Shown piece by piece: positions 1-12,738 of a stretch of 64,000 nucleotides of DNA (its first letter is position 1; each line of letters opens with the position of its first letter). The position numbers and the translations under genes were made by a program. The DNA is from Octopus vulgaris (Eukaryota). Below the pieces are notes generated by a model that saw only the letters and a program-made list of their open reading frames with translations, was not told the origin of the DNA and did no database searches. The DNA lies in NCBI GenBank assembly GCA_951406725.2, contig OX597818.1, forward strand, positions 49,848,001-49,912,000, given 5' to 3'.

Positions 1-98
1 GCACAGGAGAATTAAAAATTACTGCCGATTTTAGCAGTTTTCTAACTTCTTGCGGAACCCCTGGACTGTACTGGCGGAACCCTGGTTGAAAATCACTG
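1..98. mobile_element. End of a hAT-like DNA transposon (terminal fragment)
   Basis: Repeated GCGGAACCC subterminal motifs followed by GGTTGAAAATCACTG, a typical hAT terminus (reads CAGTG on the other strand). The other end is outside the window. Confidence 0.45.
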
Positions 99-1016
99 GA
101 CTAAGACATCTATAAACTAAAAACATTCAATAACAAGGCCACATGACGGGGTACTTCCAGTTACGTAAGAGCAAAATAACAAACTTACGAACGATGGAAT
201 AGTTACCGTGGCTTATATCAACACCAATAAACGATTATTAACCATTTTATGGATTATAGAAGAAAGGTGATGTTTATCTTGATGGATTCGAGCTCAACAC
301 ATAAAGGGACGCAACTAAACACCGCAAGACATCTTCGACGCTCTACCGACTTTTCCGCTCTATCGGCATTTCTTAGATCTCTTGGATTCTATCAACATTT
401 AATATTGGTGTGACTGGACTCAGCTGTTGACGACATCCAGCTTCTTTTGTGTGCATGACACATATTTCATAACTGATTATCTTTCATATTTTTTTATTTA
501 CGGCAGCTACAGCTACATACACATTTATCAGGTTTGTAAAAAAGATAAGACATTCGACAAATGAATATCTTGTGGTGGTTAGTAATGAAGACACGTAGCA
601 AAGGGAGACAAAGATGAGGCAATTAAATCAGACAATGGTAAGTCTCACAGATCATATTAGAAACGTGTTTAAGTAAAAAATCTTTTGTCGAGGGGGAAGA
701 AATTCAACGAAGCATTAATCTCTGTAATCGTTGCAAAATAAATTGTAAAAGAAAAAAATAAACCAAATTGGTATTTTCTGTTAAATGTCAAATGGTTTGT
801 TAGAATGGTTTATATAGTCCACATCATAAAAGGTTAAATGAGAATTTATGAGGTTTAGGACTTTCTGAAAGGAACTAACGGCTTAAGTAAGGAAATTCCA
901 ACTAGATAAATTGACACCTGTTAACATAGTTCGCCAAGAACTTGCCATTAATACAAGTGTGAGATAAAATATAGTAAACCACGTACACTATATATATATA
1001 TATATATATATATATC

Positions 1017-1156
1017 GGAGTAAGCACATAAATGTGAAACTAGGTGGAAAAAAGAGTACTCAAATACCAGAGGTAGAGTAATATGCTTTATTTAAAAGCA
1101 GCAGAAATATAACAAAAGCTGTTACTCAGAGTTTCACGTTCCCGTTCGTCGGACAG

Positions 1157-1158
<2 letters not shown>
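1017..1158 (-). mobile_element. Short element between two (TA)n tracts, with a hammerhead-like fold (Penelope-like LTR remnant)
   Basis: Flanked by (TA)n at about 989-1016 and 1158-1200. The minus strand of 1117-1158 reads AACUGU-CCGACGA-ACG(GGAA)CGU-GAAAC-UCUGA-GUA-ACAGCU. Confidence 0.55.
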
Positions 1159-1202
<44 letters not shown>

Positions 1203-4200
1203 AGATACAAATGATTGATATCGCTCGCTCAGTATCATACTCTGGTAGATATTTGGGGGGAGGGGATTACCCTATGAATTTCAGATTATAATTAGGAAAG
1301 GAGATGGTGTGATTTATTAGCTAACATGAAAGAAGCGAATTCAAAGACCCAATCTTCGGCGAGGCGACAACACTATGACTACTACTACTACTAATAATAA
1401 TAATAATAATTATAATTTAGGCACAAGGCCAGCAATTTCGAGGGTGAATAGAAGTCGATTACATCGACACCAGTGAAGATACAACTGATACTTATTCTAT
1501 CGATCCCGAAAGGGTGAAAGATAAAGTCGACCTCGGTGGCATTTGAACTCGGAACGTAGAGAGCTAAAACGACCACTACCACTTACAGTAATAACAATCG
1601 TGGTCATATGCCACGAAAGCAACAGGTAAGAGGGCATTACAAGAATAGTAACAACAAGAATAATAATTAATAGGGTATGCTAAGTAGTGAGATAGAGTAG
1701 GTGGTGTCCAATGAATTACTAATTGAATCTCTTCGTACCGAAGAGAATCTTTGATAACCTTTACAGAAGTTGATGATAGAATATGATATAAAAACTGACA
1801 GAAAACTAAACTGTAGTATATGGAATTAAATTGGTTTACAAATTGAAATCTCAAGCGTTAATTCGATACAGCTGATGTAACTTGTGACTATATCTGCAAT
1901 ATCGTATAATGTCATAATGAATACGAACTAGATCCAAAAATATGAAAGGTCTGCATAATGATATGTATACAGAATTAAGTTTCTTGGACACTATTCATAG
2001 AGCAAAACTCGAATTAAATTTTAACAAACTGATCGAAAAGGAATTATGGGGGAGGAGAGATCTTTTCCTTAACTTGTTTCGAAAGGAAATACCAAAAGTT
2101 CTTCAGATTTTTTTTAAAGAGTTCAAATCTAAAAGGACAATATTGGAGGAAGCCATTTAAAATAATTCCAGAAAAATGAATAAAATACTAAAGTTAAATA
2201 ACAGGGGAAAGATGATAAAGACATCACTGATATTTTAGAAGAAATATATATATATATATATTATATATATATAGATATATATATATATTATAAAGTATTC
2301 AAGTTTCGGCTCTCTATATTTTAAATGCAATGTTTTCAGATTAATTTATATCGGGACATGTTACAAACTAAGATGAAAGAATCGTGATTTATCGGATAAA
2401 TACTTATTAAATGAAGATAATAATCTGAAATTGCCGAGTTGTTTATTCAAAACACCCACGCCCATTATAATAATTTTTAATCTATATAACTGATTTGTTA
2501 CTCAAACTTGAAAGTACAAGTAAGGATTTTATAATAAATTACACAGAGAATATATTTGGAATACGGTAGAGACGTACGGGTGTATAATAAAGGCAATCAT
2601 AGGCGAAAGGGTGGAATAAACATCAGAGGATTAAGAGATATTAACGGCCATATTGATAGATCTGCTTTTGACAAGCCGGTTAGTTTTTGTTTTCTTTGGC
2701 ATAAAATCAGTCTTGCAGAAGACAAATACTTACGGTTGTGTTCAACTTATGAACTGTAGAAACTTGATCCTATATTAAATAAGTATAAAAACTGAAATAA
2801 GTCCAATGACAAAGGAAGCCAACGTGTAAGTGATAAAATACTGCAATGACGGAAATATAGAACACGTCGTCAATAACCAACGTGGCAACTGAAGTTTAGC
2901 GAATCTAGAGAGCTACATGTTAGAAGGGAGACAACTTACGTAATTAATTAAGAAAAAGCACTCCACAGCGTTTATTTTATTTCAATTTATAAAATTAGAT
3001 TATACATATCGATGTAATGTTGACGTAGGAGATGTTTTTTTTTAGGGAACATTGGTCATTTTAGCCTAGCTGCAAAATGTAGATACTGTGGTTAAACTAC
3101 TTGTTTTATTTCTAAGTGGCCAAAAAAAAAAAAAAATGATAAAAAATGTAGAGTGATCCGATTAGCTTTAGCGCTTTTACTATTTCATCAGAAGTCGGCT
3201 GTTCATTTTTCTTACATAAGTATTTAATCGACATCTAATACTAATACTACTGCAAAGAGACTTTCCGCCACGCGTTCATTCGGCCTGTTAGAGTTAGCAG
3301 CCAAATAAACCCAAATTACCCTCTAATGTCTATAAAAAAAAAGACATACATTTGGTAACGTAGTTTTAGATACTTGAAAAAATGGGTGATCAACTGCTGG
3401 AATGCCTTTGACCATAGGTCTGCACAATCACGGCTAAACTATAGAATCTCAACGTGTTCACTCGACCTACTAGAAATGTCAGCCTAATCTCCCTCAAATC
3501 ATACCATATTCGCTTAAAAGGAAAGGACACATTGGATAAGATATTTCAAGACATTACACTAAAGATAAGATGGTCATGGCTGGAATGACTTTGATCGTAG
3601 ATCTGTTCGATCGGGGTTTATGAGACTAAACAGCAACTAAAACTGTACAAGTGAACTCACGAGGAGGTTCTATGTAATCGTTCAACATTCTAGGACTAAC
3701 TAAATCTCCTTCATATCACACTATGAATGAATGGATTTTTGTCGGAATTTCAGCTTGGTCAGTTGAAGCTATCTACTCGTTGAACGACAGTAAATGTGGC
3801 TGGATATTCCACAGATACAGCTTACCTTTAACGTTAATACATATGCCAAGTCAGCGCGACACAGAGATGGACAAAACCGAACCTTAGCTTTACAGGTGCT
3901 ATCCACTCGTCTCCTCAATTCTACGTCTGCTAGAGGTTGTAGTGAAAGGCACTTTCTCAGGATGTCACAGAACGTAATCGAAGCCGGGACCTTTTGATTG
4001 AAAAAGCGAACTTCCTAACCATTTGGTCAAATCATATTGGATCGTGTTTTCGTGAAATTGTGCTTAAAAATCACATTCGATTACGTATCTACTCAAACAG
4101 GTTTACTGCTGCCGCTACAATTACCACCACCACATCATCATCACTACCACAGCCACCACCACCACCGTCACCACCACCACTAATACTACTACAAAAGAAC

Positions 4201-4700
4201 TGGCCACTGCAATAAAATTAAAATATATCGTAAAGTCGGTGTATAAGACGACTCTCTAGAATTCCTGTTGAAAGTTTAGTTTTTTAACTATATTCGTTGA
4301 ATAAGACTACCCTATTATATATTTCTTTATTGCCCACAAGGGGCTAAACATAGAGGGGACAAACAAGGACAGACAAAGGGATTAAGTCGATTACATCGAC
4401 CCCAGTGCGAAACTGGTACTTTATTCATCGACCCCGAAAGGATGAAAGGCAAAGTCGACATTTCATAACGATAGGCTGTATAAGTGCCGGTTCTGGTTCA
4501 ACGAGTTGAAATTTTGTCCACATGTTTTGACATGTTTCAGTATGCATTAGACCAAATCCAACACACGTAACTTACAATTATAAAAGTATTAAAAGGTTTT
4601 ACTTTGTGATAATAACGCCGATATTCCAGTAGTCACATAGCCGTTCGATATATATCTATATATATCATATTCACCATAGGAACACAAATGGGGATTAAAA

Positions 4701-4791
4701 TTTACTACAACTGTTTCGGCGGAATTTTATTGATGTATTCATAGATTTGTAGTGGATACATTAAACCATAAATCCACCATCTTCAGGTAAA
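4701..4791 (-). ncRNA. Type I hammerhead ribozyme fold with a long stem II
   Basis: Minus strand: UUUAC-CUGAAGA-U-GGUGGAUU...AAUUCCGCC-GAAAC-AGUU-GUA-GUAAA. All core nucleotides are present and stems I and II can pair. Confidence 0.6.
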
Positions 4792-4824
4792 ATTTTAGGC
4801 AGGCATAAACAGGCAAGGGATAAG

Positions 4825-5228
4825 GGATCTTTTCGGTTTGAACGGCAGTTTTTTCTAGCGATGTCATATGAAATTGTCACCCATAATTATGACCCTAGTA
4901 TCGATCTATTGCATTTCAATCTGTTTTAGGGTTAGGGGTGGAGGGAAGGGTATCTTTTTTTCTTCAGAAATGTAAATAAACCCAATCTGTTTCTTAAACG
5001 AGAGACATATTCATACGGCACAGAATGTTTTCACCTCAATAGATGTCATTGATTGGTTGAAATTGCAGAAATTGAAGAAAAGAAAACAAATATCTTACAA
5101 ACTATAGAATTTTCTCAATAAAGCCAAGAGAAAAAGATATTTTATAAACACATCCTACCACTATACGAAATTTAAAAGTGTTATGTGGAAATTATTTTAA
5201 AAAACTGCCGTTCAAACCGAAAAGATCC
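4825..5228. mobile_element. MITE with GGATCTTTTCGGTTTGAACGGCAGTTTTT TIRs (Merlin-like), copy 1
   Basis: About 29-bp terminal inverted repeats. The 8-bp flanks GGGATAAG/GGTAAAAG match at 6/8. Near-identical copies lie at 8390 and 18143. Confidence 0.8.
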
Positions 5229-5457
5229 GGTAAAAGGGCCCACCTTGCCTGTTTATACCTGTTTAAAATTTCACCTGGAGATGGTGGATTTATGCTGTGA
5301 TGTAATCTATGAATACATCAATAAAATTCTACCCAAACAGCTGTAGTAAATTTTAAATCTCATTTGTGTTCTTTTTATACCTATGCAACACCTGGAACCA
5401 ACTCTGAGTCGGATCTATGGTTTATATTGGATTTGGTACCTACATATATACATACCC

Positions 5458-6051
5458 GCGAGCTGGCAGAAACCTTAGCACGTCGGGCGAATTGCGTAGC
5501 CGTATTTCGTCTGCCGCTGTGTTCCGAGTTCAAATTCCGCCGAGGTCGACTTTGCCTTTCATCCTTTCGGGGTCGATAAGTTAAGAACCAGTTACGCACT
5601 TGGGTCGATATTATCGACTTAATCTGTCTGTCTGTCCTTGTTTGTATCCTCCGTGTTTAGCCCCTTGTGGGTAGTAAAGAAATAGGTATTTCATCCGTCT
5701 ATACGTTCTGAGTTCAAATTCCGCCGAGGTCGACTTTGCCTTTCATCCTTTCGGGGTCGATCAAATAAGTACCAGTTACGCACTGGGGTCGATATAATCG
5801 ACTTAATCCGTTTGTCTGTCTGTGTCTGTCCTCTCTGTGTTTAGCCCCTTGTGGGTAGTAAAGAAATATGTATTTCGTCCGCCGTTACGTTCTGAGTTCA
5901 AATTCCACCGAGGTAGACTTTGCCTTTCATCCTTTCTGGGTCGATTAAATAAGTACCAGTTACGCACTGGGATCGATACAATCGACTTAATCCGTTTGTC
6001 TGTCCTTGTTTGTCCCCTCTGTGTGTAGCCCCTTGTGGGTAGTAAAGAAAT
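5458..6051 (+). mobile_element. tRNA-derived SINE family A (MetaSINE-like core), head plus three tandem bodies
   Basis: Head GCGAGCTGGCAGAA, B-box GAGTTCAAATTCC, core GCCTTTCATCCTTTCGGGGTCGATAA..GTACCAG, tail TAGCCCCTTGTGGG..AAAGAAATA. Further copies near 1410-1570, 4320-4460, 6466-6676, 31561-31690 and 41610-42295. Confidence 0.85.
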
Positions 6052-6719
6052 TAGTATATTACCAACGCATGATACCTCACTGGAAATTCAATGTTATGGT
6101 ACCTAGCCAGTCCTAACATCCTACGTCCTACGTGTTGATGCACCTAGATCCTAATGAATCCTATAATACACACACACACACGTATGTGTGTGTAGTATTA
6201 TAACTGTTATGTATCTGAAATGTTGATGTTAAATGCACTACAGGTATTTTCAATAATTTGCAAATACTTGCGTTTTGACAAAGCCGTGTGAAAGAGCACC
6301 CTGGTGAAACTAAACAGAGCGGACCATGAGATCCGGGCTGATTGTTTACAGTACGTCAGCTGTTGCAAATGACAACTGCTATATGTCACTAATGTGCAAT
6401 GTTATTTTAAAGTATGTCAGACAGGTTTATAATACATTGTTATTATTATTTTAATATAGCTTGAAGGCGGCGTGTAGGCAGAACCGTCCCAAACCGGACA
6501 AAATGCCATGCGGTATTTCTGGCTTTAAACTCTGAATTCAAATGCCGCCGAGATCGACTTTGTGTTTCATCCTTTTGGGGGTTGATAAAATACGTACCAC
6601 TCGTGAACTGGAGTCGATGATGTTGCCTAAACCCTGCCCCTGAAATTAATGGCTTTGTATCAAAATTTGAAACCATTATTTTAATGTAGTTTTATTCAGA
6701 TCTATAAGACTTAAATATA

Positions 6720-7064
6720 AAATGTGTTGCGCTGTTCTCTATTGCGATCGGTGATAATCTTGTCGCGATGTTGCTTGGTTACTAACATCGTGGTGGTTGC
6801 TTGCTGATGCGTTTTGTATTGTTTGAAGACCATCGTTGCGTAGTCTAGCTGGCTGTGTGCGCTACAAATGAAGTAACTCACGAACTTTTGACATATTCAT
6901 TGATGGACATGATTTACTTTGCTGGCACAGTGTCTTGTTGAAGGCTAACTGTGATACATCGTGAGTTCCGAAGTCGTCTCTTGCTCGAGGTGATCTGCCC
7001 GCGTGTCTGAGGTCGTCTGCTTGAGTACCAAGGTGGTTTGCCTGTGAGTTAGGCGCCAAACTGT
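6720..7064 (-). mobile_element. Possible LTR-retrotransposon 5' internal remnant with primer-binding site
   Basis: The minus strand reads ACA-GTT-TGGCGCCTAAC, like an LTR end plus a TGG PBS, followed by GC-richer sequence. No recognisable gag ORF. Confidence 0.3.
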
Positions 7065-7204
7065 TTAAGTAGGGTTTAAAAAAAGGGGGGGGTACGAATT
7101 TTAGATCATCCGAGAAGCCATATCACATCACAACTTCATGCTGATTAGTTGATTTATAAATCAACAACGTGAAACTGTTGTGGCTTACTCGTGATCCCAA
7201 ACTA

Positions 7205-7419
7205 CGTAGGGGTGCTGAAAAGTTCCTGGCTTTGGATAAAAGAAAATACAGGAGGATAAGTTAATTATGATTTTACTCAACATATTCCACTCACAGATTC
7301 ACACATTTATTGCAGCGGTCCTTCATTTTTTCTAAGCCCTGTAAAAGAACTCGGAAAGTTGAGCCTCCAACTAGGTCTTTCTTGAGAATTAAAGCCAAGA
7401 GCTTTTCCGCTCTCCCTCG
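7205..7419. mobile_element. Tc1/mariner-type MITE
   Basis: TA|CGTAGGGGTGCTGAAAAGTTCCTGGC...GCCAAGAGCTTTTCCGCTCTCCCTCG|TA: imperfect TIRs with TA on both sides. Confidence 0.65.
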
Positions 7420-7581
7420 TATTTACAGTACAAAACTAATATTAAGAAATTACAGAAAGTACCTTTCCCATGGGTATCATCATCATATTGTTTACAAAAC
7501 AATCTCTGCCGTTTCACATTTTTGTTCGGCGCGGTAACAATTCGGTCAGGTCGCCGTATCATCTGAAGCTAATGTTAAGAA

Positions 7582-8255
7582 GGCGGCGAGCTGGCAGAAC
7601 CGTTAGCACGACCGGTAAAAGGCATAGTGGCATTTCGTCCATCTTTGTGTTCTGAGTTCAAATGCCGTCAGAGTTGACTTTGCCTTTCATCCTTTCGAGG
7701 TCGATAAAGTAAGTACCAGTTGAGCACTGGAGTGGATTTAATCGACTTAACCCCACTCCTCCGAAATTGCTGGCCTTGTGCCAAAATTTGAGACAAATAT
7801 TAGTTTCAATTTTTGGCACAAGGCCAGCAATTTTGAGGAATGGACTAAGTCGATTAAATCGATCCAATGCTCAACTGATACTTATTTTATTGACCTCGAA
7901 AGGCAAAGACGACCTTGGTGGAACTTGAACTCAGCGTGTAAAGACGAATAAAATGATGCTAAACATTTTGCTTGGCGTGCTAACGATTCTGCCATCTCAT
8001 CACCTTTAATTTGAAACCAATATTAAGAAGACTTTTAAGGCGGCGAGCTGGCAGAATCGTTATCGCGCCGGAAAAAAATGCTTGAGCGGCACTTCTTCCG
8101 AGTTTACGTTCTGAGTTCAAATGCCGCCGGGGCCGACTTTGCCTTCCATCTTTTCGGAGTCGATAAAATAACTACCAGTTGAACATTGGAGTCGACATAA
8201 TTGATTTACTTCCTCCCCGGAATTGCTGGTCATGTACCCAAATTTGAAACCAATA
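7582..8255. mobile_element. Cluster of three family A SINEs (+, -, +)
   Basis: Copies at about 7582-7800 (+), 7801-8006 (-) and 8039-8255 (+), with the short-tail variant ending GGCCTTGTGCCAAAATTTGAAAC. Confidence 0.8.
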
Positions 8256-8389
8256 TTAGGAACAGCTGAGCCATTTCATGGCATTTATTAAATATTTTGA
8301 GGCTGAGTTCCAAATTCATTTGTTCACAAATATCAAAATATCGATAACTGAGATATAAGGTTCGATAAGTTTTGGATAATATAATTCAG

Positions 8390-8810
8390 GGATCTTTTCT
8401 GTTTGAACGGCAGTTTTTTTAAATAATTTCCACGTAACTAAACACTTTTAAACTTCGTATATTGGTAGAATATTTATAAAACATCTTTTTCTCTTGGCTT
8501 TATAGAGAAAATTCTATGGTTTGTAAGATATTTGTTGTTTTTTTCTTCAATTTCTGCACTTTCAACCAATCAATGACGTCTATTGAGGTGAAAACATTCT
8601 GGGCCGTATGAATATGTCCCTCGTTTAAGAAACAGATTGGGTTTATTTACATTTGTGAACAAAAAAGATACCCTTCCCCCCCTAACCCTAACCCTAACCC
8701 TAACCCTAAAACAGATTGAAATGCAATAGATCGATACTAGGGTCATAATTATGGGTGACAATTTGATATGACACCGCTAGAAAAAACTGCCGTTCAAACC
8801 GAAAAGATCC
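8390..8810. mobile_element. Merlin-like MITE, copy 2, carrying (CCCTAA)5
   Basis: Same TIRs as 4825-5228, in opposite orientation. Flanks TAATTCAG/TAATTTGG. Telomere-type repeat at 8680-8709. Confidence 0.8.
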
Positions 8811-8869
8811 TAATTTGGTGCCGGCAATTAACTGAATCATCCAGGTGGAAGAAAAAACAAAACATCTTG

Positions 8870-9150
8870 GTCTCATTTTTTCACGCTGAGAGTTGCTGAA
8901 ACATGGAACAAACTGCCGGCATCAGTTGTTAGTTGTCAGAGCACTGCATCCTTCAAAACTTCCATGCTTTCTGAGATTTGCCAACACTACACCTGATTTT
9001 CTCCACTCCATACACACACAGGCATGTATCTGACTCATACATTGTTCGCTTTCCAGACATTTTTACATTACTGCATGTACTTTATATGCACTTTCTGACA
9101 AGTTGTGGTGCACCTGAGCACTGTATACAATTAATTTCATTATATTATTA
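8870..9150 (+). mobile_element. CR1/L2-type LINE 3' end
   Basis: Translates HFFTLRVAETWNKLPASVVSCQSTASFK, matching the CR1 C-terminal FFxxRVxxxWNxLP motif. A 3' UTR and short ATT tail follow. Confidence 0.7.
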
Positions 9151-9441
9151 AGAGATGTCCCGCCTGCGAAATCTATTTTTTTTTATCCATGAGAGTTCCC
9201 GACCTATTTATGAACTCATTTGCATACAGCACTCAGAGCTCCACTATCAAACCAGTTTATTTGCTCTAACAAGTGGTGGGCGAGAAGATAAGCTCACTTG
9301 AATAAGGAATGACCATGCTTCTTTTCTCTTTTAATAATGCCTGTTGTTTTTGTTCTTGTTTCAACCATGGCTGCCTCTGCGTAGTTATTTGTGTTGTTGT
9401 TTACTTTGTAAAACAGTAAGGAGAGAGGGTTGCTAGCACAT

Positions 9442-9856
9442 CTATTTCTTTATTACCCACAAGAAGCCAAACACAGAGAGGACAAACAAGGACAGACAAA
9501 CGGATTAAGTCGATTATATCGACCCCAGTGCGTAACTGGTACTTATTTAATCGACCCCTAAAGGATAAAAGGCAAAGTCGACCTCGGCGGAATTTGAACT
9601 CAGAACGTAGCGGCAGACGAAATACCTATTTCTTTATTACCCACAAGGGGCTAAAGACAGAGGGGACAAAAAAGGACAGACATAGGTATTAAGTCGATTA
9701 CATCGCCCCCCGTGCGTAACTGGTACTTATTTAATCGACCCCTTAAGGATGAAAGGCAAAGTCGACCTCGGCGGAATTTGAACTCAGAACGTAGCGGCAG
9801 ACGAAATACCGCAAAGCATTTCGCCCGGCGTGCTAACGATTCTGCTAGCTCGCCGC
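9442..9856 (-). mobile_element. SINE family A, head plus two bodies
   Basis: Reverse complement of the family A consensus with one internal GAAATA-GG-TATTTC junction. Confidence 0.85.
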
Positions 9857-9929
9857 TAGCCCATCACCTTCTACCCACATTTTTCCCATCCACATTTTTA
9901 CCATATGAGGCCCTAACAGAATCCGATAA

Positions 9930-10385
9930 TAGGTAATAGATGGATGTGTCAACTGTGGGTGCAGTCTGAGCTGAGATGTGAGGATGTGACAGCACGGTTG
10001 CTTGGGCCAGGGCTTGTTTTGTAGATTCAAAGGCTGAAGTCATTGTACTGTCCCACTCCACCTGTCTTTTTGCACCTTTTTTTGACAATGCCTTGTACAG
10101 GGGCCTCAACACTTTTGCTGCAGAAGAGATGAAGCGATGGTAAAAGTTTACCATGCCCACAAATTGACGTAGAGCCTTGCTTGTGGTAGGGCGTGGAAAG
10201 GATAAGATAGCTTTTAGTTTACCTGGCAGGGGTGTAGCGCAGGCACTTGTGATTCGATGTCCCAAGAAGTCGATTTCTGTCGCACCAAAAACGTACTTGG
10301 CGGGGTTGATTACTAACCCATACTGTTCCAGCCTATCAAAAATAGTCACTAGGTGCTTCTTATGTAGCTCTGCAGATTCTGTGAA
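9930..10385 (-). mobile_element. Ty3/gypsy pol fragment (RT C-terminus, connection, start of RNase H)
   Basis: HLVTIFDRLEQYGLVINPAK..IDFLGHRI..LRQFVGMVNFYHRFI..AFESTKQALAQATVLSHP are hallmark gypsy RT motifs. Truncated on both sides. Confidence 0.9.
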
Positions 10386-12339
10386 TGAAACAAACTAGAT
10401 CCAAATCTTAATCGAATCGGCTTCCAAGATAATAAATGTCTGAACAAATATGTCCTAACTGTTACAAAAGAGCATTTAGTTCCGACGAAAAAGAAAACAA
10501 TAAAGTTTTCCATGTTTTCTTGACACAATCAACAAGGTATTTGTATCTCTTTAAGAAGAAAATTGACTAGGGGTTACTAACAACAACACGCCTCTTCCCA
10601 ACCCTATTTTATTGTAGAATGATTGTTCAACCCCAGTACAAGGTTGGAAGTCATTATTTCTCTTTTTGCAAATAGATTACTTTATCTAACATACTCAATT
10701 TTTTTTTAAGACAGCAGTGTGTGATTTGGGACATTGACAGCTATTTGTAGCAAAATCGAGGGCCCACATACAGAATCCTTCCTTGACAGGCGTATTTTCC
10801 AGTTATCTTTGAAGAACCTATTGTTATGACCTTGTTAGTTACTGTGCATACACGATTCTCTCCCTTGGCGAGACCATGTTTCCCTTTAAAATGTGACTTA
10901 CGCACTTCACTTCGTATTGAGAAAAGTATATATTGTAGAAAATTAACAGCCTACATTTGTTGACACATATGGTATAAAGTATTCTTTTTCTTCTTCAAAT
11001 AATTTCTGTGCTTAAATTGCTTTGTTTTGTCTCACGTTACCGCCTTCATGTTTTTACACTATGACCTACACCGTTTTCAATGTTTCTTTGAAGTCAAATG
11101 TCCCTTTCATGTCCCTTTTATAAAACTATCTGTATATACTACAAAATTTTTAATTTACAATACAATTGTATTGTTAATACATTTTATGAGATATTCATTT
11201 CTAATTGTTATAACACATATAAATATTTGACACATACGAATTGTATATTATGGGGTATTATTCTTTTAGGAAGTTGAATTTTAAAAAATTAATTCCTAGT
11301 GTTTTAATTTAATTGATTTGTTGAAAAAGAATACGGTACAGGATTCCTAATAAATTACACAGTTTAAACCTTCTCCCATCTAATTACGATTCTACTTAAA
11401 CTGAAAATAATTCCAGTCTTTTTGATATAGCTTAATATGATTAGTGTACCGGCATATAGTTGTGCCGAGTGTACCAATATGCAGAATCTAGATTTGTGCG
11501 ACCATCACACTGATTTCTTTCCTCATTTCATCATCTTCACAAAGTATTAAATACTTGTTTCAGTCTTTAGTCGAGCAATTCGCCCCCAGGACTTATTCTT
11601 TGTAAGCCTAGGTACTTATTCTATCGGTCACTTTTGCCGAACCGCCAAGTTAACAGTTGTTGCTTAACCTCCAGTTAACCTGTGATCAAAATTAGTCAAG
11701 ATATAACCATCTTGTGTTGTTAAATGTATCTACTATCCAATGTGTCCTTTCTTTTTAATGATGATGGGGTTTGATTTGAGAAGATTTGGCTGCTATTTAT
11801 AGCAGGTCTGTTGACTTGAGTTTTCACAACCGTTGAATGTAGAAATGTACCCAGCTAACATTATGCCATCCATTTAGCAATAAGATTTCATAACAGCAAA
11901 AAAAAAAACCAAAATAATTTACACATTGGTCTCTAGTGTGAGAAGAAATTTGCCATCAGTGATTCTTCTTGAATTTATTGTTGCATGCAAATAAATAAAC
12001 CTTTGTGGTGTGTTGTCTTAGTGTATTCACAGGTCAGCAGACCTGTGATCTAAGATTTTCCAACCTTGAGCTTCCAGTATTTTTTGCAGTATTTAAGACA
12101 CATCAAACAGTGTTCTTCTCTTTTTGCAAGATAGGAGAGATTAGAGGGAAATTTGACTGCTATTTTCTCAGGTTTGCACACCACACAGAAGTTTCCCCAT
12201 TGGCTCAATCAATCTTCAGGATTTGAAAGGATACAAACTCAAATTCTCCTCATTCAAAAAAATATGCTACTGCTGAGCAACACCCGACTCTATATTTCTT
12301 TGTTTGAAACATTTTTTATTGAAAAAAGATACAGATATA

Positions 12340-12738
12340 GGCGCAGGAGTGGCTGTGTGTTAAGTAGCTTGCTTACCAACCACATAGTTCCGGGTTCAGT
12401 CCCACTGCGTGGCACTTTGGGCAAGTGTCTTCTACTATAGCCACGGGCCGACCAAAGCCTTGTGAGTGGATTTGGTAGACGGAAACTGAAAGAAGCCCGT
12501 CGTATATATGTATATATATATATGTTGGCGTGTATGTTTGTGTGTCTGTGTTTGTCCCCCTAGCATTGGTTGACAACCGATGCTGGTGTGTTTATGTCCC
12601 CCTCACTTAGCGGTTTGGCAAAAGAGACCGATAGAATAAGTACTGGGCTTACAAAGAATAAGTCCCGGGGTCAAGTTGCTCGACTAAAGGCGGTGCTCCA
12701 GCATGGCCGCAGTCAACTGACTGAAACAAGTAAAGAGA
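12340..12738 (+). mobile_element. tRNA-derived SINE family C (internal TA/TG microsatellite), full length
   Basis: Head GGCGCAGGAGTGGCTGTGTG..GGTTCAGTCCC, then TTGGGCAAGTGTC, a central microsatellite and the tail GACTGAAACAAGTAAA. Other copies at 23140-23465, 24655-24835, 43575-43910, 51620-51950 and 60021-60290. Confidence 0.85.

Larger units (their letters stand above)
4681..5370. mobile_element. Inverted pair of Penelope-like pseudo-LTRs, interrupted centrally by a MITE
   Basis: 4681-4818 and 5243-5370 are diverged reverse complements. Each arm contains a type I hammerhead core, intact in the left arm and degenerate in the right. Confidence 0.65.

Noticed and set aside
8680-8709. True telomere or chromosome-fusion scar
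   Set aside because: Only five units, and they are internal to a MITE present three times in the window.
9864-10349. Domesticated gypsy-derived gene
   Set aside because: It is a short internal pol fragment lacking the catalytic YxDD region and a proper start, and the ORF runs into unrelated sequence.
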